From the NCBI RefSeq assembly GCF_964204645.1, contig NC_134026.1, positions 15,472,150 to 15,536,149 on the forward strand: a DNA stretch of 64,000 nucleotides, in the 5' to 3' direction. A model generated the notes under the pieces. It searched no databases. It worked only from the letters and a program-made list of their open reading frames with translations, and had not been told where the DNA came from. Shown in pieces: positions 36,471 through 50,002 of this stretch. Origin of the DNA: Tubulanus polymorphus. Lineage: Eukaryota > Animalia > Nemertea. Positions within the stretch are counted from its first letter, which is position 1. The number at the start of each line of letters is the position of its first letter. Position numbers and translations under genes: made by a program.

Positions 36471-37694
36471 ACATGAACAGCATCTGCATTGGAAAAAATG
36501 CCAGTGTCACTCATGTCCTTAAACATATTCATCCAGAACTGGCCAATGTAGTTTCGTAGTGTTCGCCAAAATCGTTCGATCCTCTGAAAAAATATATTAC
36601 ACAATTTTGAAATATTTATTTGATATACCGCATTGCCATCTTCAAGATCCGCTTCCAAATTTAGCTAAGGTTATACGTCGCACACCTGGTTGCTGGTTGA
36701 TTTACCGATCAAGACGCTCATATCTCCAGCCATGTCGCCATTGTCATCGGCCCGAAGGGATCGCTGTATTTCACAGAGTAGAACATTTTCAGTTCCGGCG
36801 TCGATTTGTATGCACCGAGGGACACCTGCAAAAGATCAATGGATGGTTCATACCACTAAAATATTGTATGTCAATCTTCAAGCTTGCAATCGATTTTTGT
36901 CATAGAAGTAAGTGATTTTTTTGGTGATAAATATACTGTAGGCCTATTATTGTATATTCTTACGGTGCCGTTGATTACTAACATCGCACCAATTTAACGG
37001 AAAATAACATCATTTTCTCTAACCTGCAATTTGTTTGATGTAATCAGTGAAGTAGTACCCAATGACCGATGGATCATTATTCGTACTGGCAACCTTCAAC
37101 CACAGGATTCTCCTTGAAAACCTAAAAATATATGAAAATGCCCCCTGAATTGTGGTCTGTGGCATATATTCTTGTTTCCATCCTAGCTTGTCATTGTGAT
37201 CGTTCATATACCACAGTAATAGTTTGTGTCTACAACTCAAAATCTTAGAAAATAGGCCTATAGCTAGCAGAAACTTAAGTTTACTTTAGTTTTGATAGAA
37301 CTGTGAGAGGTTACTTCTCTCATTGCTCGAGGATTTAAATTAGGATGGGTTCGAATCCCACCAATTCAATTCCACATTCATTGCGTCCTTATAATTACAG
37401 ATATTACATGAGACAGACATGGCAATAAAATAAAACACAGAGATAAAAAAAACAAATTTGAACAATAGAAACAAGCAGGTGGTTACAATGTTATATATAA
37501 CATCCACCGTAACTTGTTTTAACGGACGAAGAGCCCGGGCGGTGTCGGGTCGCCGTTCAGTGCTGATAAATCTTGAATCAGTGAAATCTATAATTTCTTA
37601 CCCATCCATAGCCCCGTGAATAGAAAACCCATAAGGCTTTAGTTTATCGTATCCATCAACGTGTATAAGGTAATTTGGTCCTTAGTTTGAATAT
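36471..37694 (-). pseudogene. Intron-containing DDE integrase-core gene fragment (4 exons)
   Basis: Exons 37694-37602, 37121-37024, 36825-36686, 36583-36471 with GT-AG borders splice in frame to GPNYLIHVDGYDKLKPYGFSIHGAMDG/FSRRILWL.../GVPRCIQIDAGTEN...SNQ/RIERFW. Confidence 0.85.
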
Positions 37695-40600
37695 CCCCTT
37701 ACGAAAATACTACACATGTGAATTTTTTTACACGTGTGAAACACCATTTCACATGATGGCAGTAATTACACGTGTAAATGTGAAAATTCACACGTGTAAA
37801 TGTGAAAATTCACACGCGTAAATGTGAAAATTCACATGCGTAAATTGTGAAAATTCATGTGTAATTGGTGTCCATGAATAGGAATAGAAAACCATAAATA
37901 AATAACTGAAATGCATCCAATCCATTCTAAGTATGATTATATATTCATTCATAAGATAAAAATGTACAAAATATGAATGAAAAATATTTAAAACAATTGT
38001 GGAATCCATTTGTTACAAATCCTTCAGACCAATCATAGCTAATTTATTGTGCCATTTTTGCGCAGATCTTTGCTGATGTGCCATCCAGAAATATTTCCAT
38101 TATATGGCCTTCAAAAAAGGAAATAAAGTAATTTTTGGGTTACCGGTGAAGAGAACTTAATGCATCATCAAAATTTACAGTTTCTGAAAAACCCTCTAAA
38201 GAAACTTACGGAGTACGAGATTCACTCAGATTTGATGAAGTCGTTTTGCTGTATTACCACTTTGTTGCCATCTCCTCTGATGAATTAATAGAGCTGACAT
38301 CAATGAATATATCAGAAAACAGAGACATACTGAAAAAGAGGAAAAGGAAAATTCGTAATACAGCAAAATTCAAGCCTTAAAATAGTTTGCGTCCACGATT
38401 CTCTCCTGGTTATTTGTTCAGATTTAATCATAGTTAACTCATTGAAAATGGGCTTATTGTAAACCAAGAGTGAAATCTAATTCGAAACTGTGGAACTGGA
38501 TCAAGGATATTGCAAATATCTAATTAATACGTAATACACTAACTATAAATTTCATCCGATTCAACTAACTCTTGTGATTGCTGTAATATATGTCTATAGA
38601 CCTCAGTTGCAACAGTTACTACGCCAAAAACTATTGTACGTGAAATTACATTAATTTTTACTGGTATCATACTCTTTCGTTTGATTTTCATTTGTGTGAT
38701 ATAATGGCCTATAAATTCAGAGATTATACTAAATATGCTGCATTTATTAAAATGACAGTATAAAGTGACCCTCTTTTCTTACTTTTTCAATCACTCAGAA
38801 TTTAGAGGATTAAGAAAATTCTGAAGATTCGTTGAGCTGCCGTGTTAATAGTCTCTCAGCTAATGAAGCTTGTGCGTCAAATAAAATATTTAACCAATAT
38901 AGTACTACTCATCTCGTTTTATTTATGAATATTCTGAATAATTGATGATAGGAATGTAGGTTAGTTCCCCGGTGAAACTTCCATTAAGTAAAGATCCTAA
39001 TAAAGTAAATGTTCCTCAATGTAGAAATCCCCCAGTCCAATTTCACAACAAAATTATCAATCCCCATGTTGACTACAACGATTGAGATTGAAACCATCAA
39101 CTCAGTTGGTTTATACTCATTGGCTTATTAAGAATCATCGATTAAAAATGAATCATTTTCACTCAGAAATTGTATGATTCAAAGAGCACTTGCGTAAAAG
39201 AAAATTTGAAAAAAATTCCTAAAAATAAAGTTATTTTGGTTAAAAGTTTGCTTACATATTAACACACTTGTGAAAATTAATGATAATTCTAAATATCATC
39301 ACGACATTGTTGCCATGCATTTCAGAGGCAGTAATCAAATAGGATACTACTATTAGTTTCAAGATGATGTTAGTCTACAACAGGGGGTGGCCCTGCTTTC
39401 ATCAAAACAATGGGGAGTTGCTAGAAATTTGTTTTCAGGCTTTAGGCAATGTTTATTTAGGCAGCCAACGGTAGCTTGAGCATAGCGATAGATTAGTGAA
39501 TAACCATTGCAAGCTGACATTGTAGAGGTACCATATATACATTGAACCAGGAATATAGTGAGTCATGTAATAATCATTCATTCAGTTCCATGTGTTTACG
39601 TAAATTCCCACTGAATCTTATATATACAAGACAAAATGTAAGATTCTGGAGATCTCTCAATATATTAATAAACAATAAGATTATTTCTCAAATTGTTTCC
39701 CCTATCTTAATTCTACATACTTAATTAACTTCAAAGAGAAGCTTTGTGGTTTGAAACCTTTTAACTTCTTCTCACTACCGTTCTACTAAAGAATTATCTG
39801 AGGAATCTAGTGCGGCAACTATGTTTTTTCTATGCTCAAAATCGCACTTACCGTTATATCTCCTTTTGTATTTCCATCAACAAAACTAGCTTTATTCCTT
39901 TTTTGCACATTTCCTTCTGGAATCTTTTTTTCCAGTTCTCTTGTAACGCATTAAGAAATTCGTTTTTCCTTGAGCAAAAGTTTCCTCATATTATCTGCAA
40001 AAAAATAAATCAACATTTCACAATAATGTTCAAAGAATAAAATCAATATAAATAGTTTTAATAAATACCGTACCTGCAGAATCAATTACACGTCCAATGT
40101 ATGCAGGCCAGCCATAAGTGGTTTCATTGCTTTTTTCCAGCTACTCGATCCGGCCACATGATCTCCCCAAAATGACCATTTCTAATTATTTCTGGTTAAT
40201 CACGATGCTATGATAGACACGGTTTCGTGCTCTTTCCATTGAACGAGTACGGAATTAGGAGCCTTATAGTCGGAATGAACTACCGCACGTGGGTATAGCA
40301 GATGCTCTCAAAGCATGTTTATAACTGGTGGCTCATAAATTTCTGTAACCATCACAGATCCAGGAGTCCCAACAACTGAGCTCTCTGACCTGATATTGGT
40401 TAAGAAAAACTTTGTTCTGGTCCCTGATACATTCATTTCATTGTGAAAAATAAAGACATATATAAGCCCCTGTATTTTAGAGTATATTGAAAGTCTGTGC
40501 AGTAAGAATTTAAAGATAATAGGGAGCAATCAAATTCGGTTTCACAACACCACTATTCTAAAATTCTTATCACACTAAGATACTTAGCAAAACTGTCAGA

Positions 40601-41775
40601 AAATGGCCAAGGTATTACCTAGGATAAATGATCGCATTCTAAGGATGTAACAAAGTAACGTTCATACTTTTTCGTATCAAAAATATTTAGTAGGGATTTT
40701 TGATACTAATATTATGATTACCCAACATGATTACCCAACATGATTCACTAAGTGATTTTAATATTTGAACATGAGTATTGCATTTAATGAAACCTCTTTT
40801 ATATCAAATGGTCTCGTGTCCAGAAAAGAAAGAAGTTTATTTTACAGTTATTCCTACCTGTAGTAGAAGTACTAATAGTAGATTATTAAATTTACTATAA
40901 TCAGACAGTTTTTGGGATTTCGGTGAATTGACTCGGCATTTTGATATAGTTAACTTAATTTTTAATGGATGAAGGAGCATGTTATTTCCTATTAATTATC
41001 TGTACATTTTGTATATTACTGAACCAAATCTCATTGACTTAATTAGGCCTTCTGTGGAAAAATTGTCATGTTTAATTTAAAAACATATATCGTTAGCAGT
41101 AACAATCCCCTCAATGAATAATAGGCAAGAATCCACGATTATTCAAATTGTACAAATCCCAAATTAACGATTTTGAAGCAGAATATTTTTCACATTCTAT
41201 CCATTTTCTTTACTAATTTTTCTAAAAAATGGTTATAGAATTTTGCTACAAAATGTTCTCAGATCATGAAGTGGGGATTTTAACCTTTTCAATTTGTTCC
41301 ATTGATGATGGCTTTTTCTAAGAAAAATGGTATATGTGATGGATCTCATGACATTGGCTCTAAACACATTGACTTCGGACATAAAAAGCTCATGTAGAAA
41401 GTCTTAGAAGTAATATGAAATTAGGCAACTCGTATATTTAATAGACATGGGACTTACTGTGATGTGAATTTATTTCCATACGAGTAGTTTGAGAAATTAC
41501 GCATGTGAATTGATTTTCACTTGTGTAGCTGGAAAAACTACACATGCGATTTCGATTTCACACACTTAGTTAAAAGAAATCACACACGTGAATAAGATTT
41601 GCCATGCATAGTTAAAGAATTCACATGTGTGAATTCGATTTCACATGTGTAGTTAAAAAATTCACACGTGTGAATTCGACTTCACACATGTAGTTAAAGA
41701 ATTTACACGTGTGAATTCAATTTCACATGTGTTATTTCAGGATTCACACATGTTTTTACCATTTACCGTAAGGGG
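37695..41775. mobile_element. Probable non-autonomous CMC/EnSpm-like DNA transposon
   Basis: Ends CCCCTTACG and CGTAAGGGG, AT on both flanks (possible 2-bp TSD), subterminal arrays of CACGTGTGAA-type motifs at 37715-37865 and 41500-41750. Confidence 0.62.
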
Positions 41776-42407
41776 ATGTCTTCAGTAGAATTAACATTGT
41801 AAAACACATATCCATATATATATATATTTGTGAATGTTATACACTATACAAAATTTCACTCTGAAACAGTTGGAATGCACAGTATTCGATGCAAATTTTC
41901 TGCGAATTGTTTGAACAGAAAAGAAAGCTACTCGGCAGAATTCATCAGTTTTCTTTTTCTTTTGAACACTTTTCCAAATTTGCCTTTGTAACAGTCCTCA
42001 CATATTGGGTAGAGGTCAACTGTACCTGGACCAGTACAGAATCGTTCATCAGCAGCACAATTTGTGCATAGGTCTTTGAATATTTGACAGCTGTAGTTTG
42101 GGATTTCGATAGGTGCTAAGCAGGTGAGGTTTCCTCGGACATAAACCTTTAAACCCAGCACACCAATATCTGCATCATCTAAGTCTGAGTTCTTTATAAT
42201 ATCTGACATTAACGTCCCACAGAAAAAAAAACTGACTCCAAAATCTGTTCAACTCTATCCCTTTCTGGATGGAGAAGTTTGCGTGAGGCATAAACAACTC
42301 TAGGCTTTTCACATTCAACACACACTGCCACTAACCCAACATTTTTGCTGTTTGGGTAGTTGGGCTGAACGGGATCAGGTGTGCCCCAGGTTTTACTTCT
42401 TTAGATG

Positions 42408-42635
42408 TGTAACGGGTCTCGTACCCGTAAGTATGTATATAGTTTTCCGTCGATGATTAGTGTAATGTATAGTGTAATAAATCACCGCTAGGTGCGGTCT
42501 CTTAGAAGTGGAACCATTGTCCGAGTAAGTTCGTTGTTCTTTTGTTCGGGATAAATTGCCCTTTTATAGCCTATCGTCGGAGCGTAAATCATCCTTGAAG
42601 GTTGTATTAGAGATTTAGGAAACAGGATCGTTACA
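42408..42635 (+). repeat. 5' LTR (228 bp)
   Basis: TGTAACG...CGTTACA; matches 49771-50002. Confidence 0.96.
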
Positions 42636-42636
42636 C

Positions 42637-42647
42637 TGGTGGCAGCG
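42637..42647 (+). promoter_or_regulatory. Primer binding site, tRNA-Leu-like
   Basis: TGGTGGCAGCG one base after the 5' LTR. Confidence 0.8.
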
Positions 42648-42934
42648 TTAATGGGATTAGAGAGCCTTACGGCCGTATTATTGAGTTGAATCGCTGCCCT
42701 TTGTTTTTCGGCGAGAAGCGTGCGCGTTAATAGTGTGTCTGACCTACTTCCTTACGACTGCGGTATTGCGGATACTCTTCAGTAGTTAAATCGTTGTTAT
42801 ACGCTTGCTTTAATAGCGGGAATAATTTCAGATACTAACTACAGTTTTGCACATAGGTTCATAAAATAACTAAACTTAATCAGTATTTTTAAATCAGTTT
42901 TTGTTCGGTATATACAATATATTCACGATTAGGA

Positions 42935-43867
42935 ATGTCTCATTCTGACCCGGATGCATGCCAACCGGGTGTGGTCCAGGAAAGGGTCCATCCAACCGCA
43001 GGTTTGGATGACTTTTAAAGCCCAATCACCCAATATGTCTCGCGTAGCATAAAAAGGGAATCCGAATCTCCATCATGGTCCAGGGAGGATGCCCGGGTAA
43101 AAGTCCCATGCCCCAAAATGTACAGTATGGGGCATAATTTTCCCATCTGGTGAGAGCGTTTTGAGAGCTACTGCACATTGTCCGGTGTATGTAGTAGTGA
43201 ACATCCCTGGATTACAATAGTTTCGTTGAGGGGATAAAGGACCGTATGTCATTGACACGGTCAGCTTCCGATTTCAAAATGATGTTGAAATCTCGAGAGC
43301 AGAAACCCCAAGCAAACATCGGGCACTACGCGGATGCATTGACAGAACTCGCACAGAGCGCATACCCAAGGGGTTGATCACCGTTTGCAGGATGAGTTGG
43401 CACGTGACCAATTCTTGGCAGGTGTGGCGGTACCCTCGAGTGTTAGGGAGCAGTTGTACGTGGCTCAGCCGCAGATTCTATCGGAGGCTGTGTCATTGGC
43501 TCGAGGTCATGAGACTGCGCGGCGCCTGACTGAGAGACACGAGTCCAAACCCCCTCGTCGACATGTAAATGAGGTGAAGGCCAGTCAGACGGATGAGCTA
43601 CTTTCGGAACTCGTGGGCCTCGTCAAGGGTTTGAATGTCCGGATGGACGGTTTAGAGGCCAGGGTTAACACACAGACTCAGACCAACTCCCAGGGGAGGG
43701 ACAACACATGCTGGCAGTGTCGAAAACCGGATCATACAGCGGTTACATGTCCGCAGGTTACATGCCGTACATGTTCTGGTAGAGGTCACTATGCCAGGAA
43801 CTGCCCCGGGAAACAGGGAAACGATTACAGGCGGTCCTCCAGGGGGCAAGGGAATCGCCGCCAATAG
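42935..43867 (+). pseudogene. gag: Gypsy gag, degenerate
   Basis: ARDQFLAG motif and two CCHC knuckles (CWQCRKPDHTAVTC, CRTCSGRGHYARNC); 5' part disrupted. Confidence 0.85.
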
Positions 43868-44214
43868 AGAGACCCTCCACATATATGATGGAGAAATATC
43901 TGCCTCCACACCGTAGAATCCGGAAACATGTTCCTTCATCCGTGCATGATAGAGCCCAAATTGTAAATAGTTCAATAATTGTAAATAGTTCACTAGACCC
44001 TTGCGTGAGGGAAATTGTTGGGAACAAAATTCTTGGTGGAACCGATACGACAGTTCGTACATATCTGGAAAAGTAGGCAACTTCAAATGTTTTAACTCCT
44101 TACCCAGATACCTCACTGTCGGTCGGTCAACCCGGTGATGGAATTTCCGATGGTTCTCCTCTGAGGCAGGAGACAGTTAAAAATATTTTACCACCGTGCC
44201 CAGATAACTCTCCG

Positions 44215-47200
44215 TTGATAAAGTCACATGAAAATACGATCTTAACCACAATAACAACTGACCAGCCAGATGTGTCAATAGGTCCGAGCTGCCCCGTGGC
44301 TGAGATAATGGTGCGTCGTGTCGATTTGAGAGACACTGGACTTTACTGCTCTGGTATCCTTAATGGTTCAACACGTACGTCTATACTCTTAGACACCGGT
44401 GCCTCTGTGACTTTGTTGAAAACCTCTGTCTGGGAGAAGAGTCGTAGGACCGATCAGGGAAATCTGCTGCCAGTCGACTTCGAATTAGCCACAGCCACGG
44501 GTGCGAACATGAAGGTTCATGGGGTGGCCAAGGTAGAGCTCCAGTTGGGAACCTGTAGATTCATGGTCCCCATGGTAATAGCCGATGACTTGGCTCAGGA
44601 GTGCCTGCTAGGTAGTGACTTCTTTGAACAGAATGGTTGCATTATTGATTACCCTGGTAGAGTTCTTGAGTGTGGCCTTACGCATGTACCATTGGAGACC
44701 AAGGATGTACGACGTAGTTCCTGTCGTTTGTTCCTGACCGAGACTTGTTATATTCCGGGAGGCCATGAGGTCGCGGCCACTGCGTATTTCAAGGCGAGAT
44801 ATAGAGTGAATAACAATTTTGTTGGTATGGTCGGTCGAGGGAACCGTACTCCATGCCTGGCTGGCAAATCTCTGGTATGTCCGCGGGATGGGAAGGTAAC
44901 AGTCCGCCTGGCGAATTTTTCAGATGACACCCTTAGGGTTCGTCGAGGGGAGTTTGTAGGTATCTTCTCGCCTATTGAATCAGTCGATGTACTCACTGTG
45001 CAAGACACTTCTGGTTCTGACAGAGCTGCCTCAGCCCCAGCAGGATCCCCATGATCTAAACGGTCTTTACGACTAAATGTCGATAGTCTCGAAATTTCAG
45101 AGGGTGATCGGGAGGATTTAAAGAGGGTCCTAGCGCAGCATCGGGGTGTATTTTCTCGGGGGGATTTTTATATTGAGAGGACACCCCTCATTGAGTTTGA
45201 AATTGATACCGGGGAGCAGAAGCCGATTAAGCAGCATCAACGACGTCTGCCGCCCCATTACAAGCAATTTGTTGAGGGGTACACCGCAGGACTGTGTGAC
45301 CAAGGTCTAATAAGGCCATCCCAGTCGCCTTGGGCTAGCCCAATAGTCCTAGCCAAGAAAAGTGATGGCAGTTGCGTCTGTGCTGTGACTACCGGAAATT
45401 AAATGACGTCACCACTAAAGACAGTCACCCGTTGGGGCGAATAGATTCTACCCTCGAGGCACTTTCGGGGTCGTCATGGTTCTCGTCTCTGGATCTAACC
45501 AGTGGCTACTGGCAAGTGCCGATCCAAGAATGTGACAAACCAAAAACAGTTTTCTGTTCTGAGAACCGTTTGTGGGAATGGAATGTTATGCCATTTGGTC
45601 TCATAAATGCTCCGGCCTGTTTCACACGGCTCATGTCTTTGGCTCTCGACAAGGTGTCATGGAAAACAGCCTTGATCTACCTCGATGACGTCATAGTCCA
45701 TTCTGCGGATGTGGCGTCCCACATTTCCAAGCTGTCAGAGGTATTCGGTTGTTTCGAAGCAACGAATATGAAATTGAAGCCAAGAAAATGTCACCTTCTC
45801 CAAAAGCGGTTAAAATTCTTGGGCCATGTCGTGAGCGGGAACGGAATTGAAACTGACAAAGTCCTAGGTTGGGGCCAGCCCCTACCAATGTATCAGAAGT
45901 ACGAAGTTTCACTGGCCTCGTCACTTACTATTCTAGGTTTATCAAGTGATATGCGGAAATGTGTAAGCCCCTCCACCTGCTCACAAAGAAGGGTCAGCCT
46001 TTCGAATGGGGTATCAGTCAGCAAGGAGCATTCGAAGAAATTAAATATGCGTTGACAAGCCCTCCTGTACTGGCTTTCCCTGGCTTTTTTTCAGAGGGAT
46101 CGGGGAAATTCCTAGTTGATTGTGATGCTAGGAACTGGGCTATAGGTTCAGTTCTTTCACAGTTGCAAGGCGATCACACAGAACGAGTAATAGCATATGG
46201 GGGTCGAGTTTGAGAGGCGGGGAGGACAACTATTGCGCCACGAGGCGAGAAATGCTTGCTCTAATCGAATCAATTGATTATTTCCGCCACTACTTATTGG
46301 GGGGTAAGTTCCTTGTCCGAACTGACCACGCAGCCCTCAAGTGGCTTCGGTCGTCCAATATTCAATCAGGCCAAGTCGCCCGCTGGAATGAAAGGCTGGC
46401 AGACTACGATTTCGACATTGAGCACAGGCCCGGGCGCAATCACCAAAACGCCAATCCACTCTCGCGGATTCCCAAGAGGGTCAAGCCTCATGGGGATTGC
46501 CCTAGTTGCGGCGTCACCGGAACCCCAACAGTGTCATTCGTGCAAACGATTGGTATAGGGGATCTCCTAACTCGGGTCGAGATTGGTGATGCTCAGGATA
46601 CCGATGATGACATAAGAGTAGGCAAGGAATTAGTCCGAAAGGGTTTGCAAAAGCCAAACACTGATTCCCTGCGTCAGTATGGTTCGAACGCGAGGATTCT
46701 CTTGGGCGAATTTGAACGCTTGGCTATGGTAGAAAACCTGCTTGTTATGAAACCACTTCCTGGTGCCAGATTAGCCAAAAACCTGGTAGTTCTGCCAAAT
46801 GTGGTTTTACCTAAGATCCTATCTCACCTCCATAATGGTATATCCGGTAGGCACACAGAACGTAAAGTCCGCCAACGGTTTTGGTGTTTTGGACTGGCGA
46901 AGGCAGTCAATAGCTTTGTCAAGCAGTGTCGTAAATGTCAGCAATGCAAAAACCCTCCTAAACGACCTAAAGCGCCACTGGTACCAACACCAATCGGTAG
47001 GAGAGGGCAAAGTCTGCATATCGACATTGTTGGCCCACTGCAACGAACAAAGCGTGGGAACGTTTATATCATTGTGGTGCAGGACGCTTTCACCAAGTGG
47101 GTTGAGGCCTGGTCGGCTAGAAACCAGAAAGCACCAGCAGTTGCCAGGAAGGTCGTAAATGAGTGGATCACACGCTACGGATGCCCTGAAAGTATTCATT

Positions 47201-47840
47201 CGGATCGTGGATCCAATTTTGAATCTCGACTCTTCAGTGAGATGTTGAGCCTGCTTGAGATTGAAAAGACCAGAACGACTGCCTATCACCCCATGGGAAA
47301 CGGCCAGGTCGAGAACTTTAACAAGTCTATAAAATCAATGTTGACCACGATGGTGATTGACATGGGGAATGACTGGGACGAGAAACTTCAGTCCTGTTTG
47401 ATGGCTTTTCGTTCCAGTGTGCAGGAATCGACTGGCGAAACGCCATTTTTCATGACATTCGGCAGTGAGATGACCTTACCACTAGACGTTTTAGTTAGCT
47501 CTCCTGAGGAAACTGTCCACCTGACCAAGTTTAGCCAGGACATGTGTAGAAACCTGACTGAAGCTCATCAGAGAGTCTGTGACCGCCTTGGAAAAGCCCA
47601 ACGACGTCAGGCAGCAAATTACGATAGATTTGCTCAGTGTGGGGGGTACAACGTGGGTGACCGAGTATGGAGGTATAGCCATGCCCTCAGGACTGATGAG
47701 GCAGCCAAGTTCCATAAGCGCTGGATGGGTCCTTACATAATTGTTGAGAAAATCTCTTAAGTCACTTACCGGGTACAGTTGGAGGGGGGTTTAGGAACCA
47801 AGGTTCGGACAGTGCATTTCAATGATCTGAAGCTCTGTCA
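44215..47840 (+). pseudogene. pol: Gypsy pol (protease, RT, RNase H, integrase) with stops and frameshifts
   Basis: LLDTGAS; SPWASPIV, DYRKLN, LDLTSGYWQ, MPFGL, YLDD; CDAR..IGSVL, RTDH; HIDIVGP, IHSDRGSNF, VENFN, WMGPY. Confidence 0.96.
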
Positions 47841-48382
47841 TGGACCCATAGTTGAGGTTTCCCCAAACAAGTTGCGGATGAAAAAACAAAGACGACTTAG
47901 AACCCACCAACCGCCAGTCCGTCCGACGAGCCCTGAACAGGCAGAGTCGGAGGATGAGGCATTTGTGAGGGTACGGCGCCGAAATCCAGAAGTGAATTTG
48001 GACAGCTCGGGGTCTGAGGAGGAGTTAACCCTGGATCGGGTGGGCACTGACAATGGGCCTGCTCCGCAAGCACCGGACAGTGACCAAGTCGAATCTCCAG
48101 CGATGCCTGCTGAGGTTTTCCAGGACAATCGCTGACAGCTTCGGCCTCGGAATGTTATAAGACCACCCGTAAGATACCGCGAGTTCGCCAGGTCATGTGG
48201 CGGTTCATTGAAAGCATACACCTGCTGTCAGCAGCGCTGGTCTAGGATAATGGACAACAAGGCAAAATGGCTAGAGAAAGGGAGATTATTGCGGGAGAGA
48301 GAGCACCTTCATGGTTAAATCTCTTGGAACGCATAACTATAAAAATGTTTTGTCTCTACTTTCTTTTAGGAACAACTGAAAT

Positions 48383-49227
48383 ATGGATGCTCTTACACTG
48401 GACGGCTTTAACTCCGAGACTAAGCGTTTGAAGGGTCAGCTCATCAAAGACGTGAGGAAGCTGAATAAGCTGTACTCGCGGGCTCAGGAGCCCCTTTTTG
48501 AATTGAATGCGGGTGAGTTGGTGCAGTCATGTGTTGAACACCTTTACGACCCTAAAATGGTTGTGGTGGGTGCGGTGATTCAGGGAATTAAGGCAGCGGT
48601 CGCTTCGTCGAAAAGATCATCCATCCACCTCTCAGCTAGCCGGTTTAAGATTCTGAAAAGGACCTTGTCCAGGTTTGTTGAGCAGTACGGTGGAGTGGGC
48701 AGCGTCCTTGAACCGAAATTTTCGGTATTGGGCAGTGCGGCAAAGGTCGGAGAGCTGAGGAGTCTGATTTTACTCCTCAGTGACTCCATGTTCAAAGATT
48801 CCCGATCCACAAACGAATTGTTCATCATTGCTCACCCTGGGAAGCGTCTGGAGCAGCTGGAGGAATGGGTTAAAACCACGCGAGTCACCTGGTGCGGTCG
48901 TTGTTAACCACGGTATTAATAACGTCCGTAACTATGGCCAGACAACATAAGAGTATTTACTCGCTGTACAATGTTCTGGGCAAGAAATACCCAAACCTTC
49001 CTCTGTTCCACCTTTGGTTGCCCAAAGCTCCTGTTATGAGAGGAAAACGAGAGACGGTGGTCCCCATAGACCGAATCAACACGCACTGCAAGAAGGTGGG
49101 ATTTCTGACCATAGACCACCCTGACCTGGATGATGCGGACTTCAAGGGAATCCACTACCGTCGTTCAGCTATGGAGATTGTCACCCGGCATATCGTCACT
49201 GTAGTTCAGGGTCACTTGGGGATATGA
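48383..49227 (+). CDS. Extra ORF(s) of unknown function in the Gypsy 3' region, probably one frameshifted gene
   Basis: Overlapping ORFs of 174 and 111 aa, preceded by a polypyrimidine-TTTTAG acceptor-like site ending at 48369. Confidence 0.55.
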
Positions 49228-49753
49228 TATGGTAGTAGGGTGGGCACCGTGCAGCAGTTAAATCACCATACTCTCCTTTCATTACCCATAACTGGTCGCC
49301 CAGCTGACATGTTTTACCTCGAATTTTGGTACTGCCGTTGTTTTCGATTTGTATTTTTAGCTTACCTTGTTGATACGGAATCAGACTCATGTTGGAACCG
49401 TCTGCAGGAGGCCCAACCGACCTGATGAACCTTCTGTGATTTCAGCGCGTAGGAACCTGCTGTTCACCGACCTAGGCAAGTGTGTTGATTATTGAGCGAG
49501 TACCTTCAAATGGTTTAATCGCCTCTAATCTTCCCCCAGTAGGACATAAGCGTAGTGTTGGTGTATCAGTTGGGTCGCGTTGGATAATTGGATTTATTGC
49601 GAATTGCAAACTGTAAATACACCGAAGGTGTGCGAATGTGTGTGTAACCCGTAGTTTATGACATTTTTGTAATGGACACTGAATATCGACATGATATATG
49701 AACTGTAAATACTGGACGTATGCGCGGTCGTAAGCTATGCTTACGACACTTTT

Positions 49754-49770
49754 AAGGGGGGGGGGAGTGG
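49754..49770 (+). promoter_or_regulatory. Polypurine tract
   Basis: AAGGGGGGGGGGAGTGG immediately before the 3' LTR. Confidence 0.9.
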
Positions 49771-50002
49771 TGTAACGGGTCTCGTACCCGTTAGTATGTA
49801 TATAGTTTTCCGTCGATAATTAGTGTAATGTATAGTGTAATAAATCACCGCTAGGTGCGGTCTCTTAGAAGTGGAACCATTGTCCGAGTAAGTTCGTTGT
49901 TCTTTTGTTCGGGATAAATTGCCCTTTTATAGCCTATATATCGTCGGAGCGTAAATCATCCTTGAAGGTTGTATTAGAGATTTAGGAGACAGGATCGTTA
50001 CA
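49771..50002 (+). repeat. 3' LTR (232 bp)
   Basis: Differs from the 5' LTR by three substitutions and a 4-bp AT indel, counted by eye. Confidence 0.96.

Larger units (their letters stand above)
42408..50002 (+). mobile_element. Full-length Gypsy/Ty3 LTR retrotransposon, decayed
   Basis: Two TG...CA LTRs, PBS, PPT, gag-PR-RT-RH-IN order; flanks AGATG / TGATG (5-bp TSD with one mismatch). Confidence 0.96.

Noticed and set aside
37340-37365. GGTTCGAATCCC B-box suggesting a tRNA gene (similar weak case at 61375-61445)
   Set aside because: No cloverleaf could be built; at most decayed SINE heads.
43652-49155. Minus-strand ORFs inside the Gypsy element
   Set aside because: Antisense shadows of GC-richer coding sequence with no motifs.
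48383-49227. Calling the extra Gypsy ORF env
   Set aside because: No signal peptide, transmembrane anchor or cleavage motif is visible.
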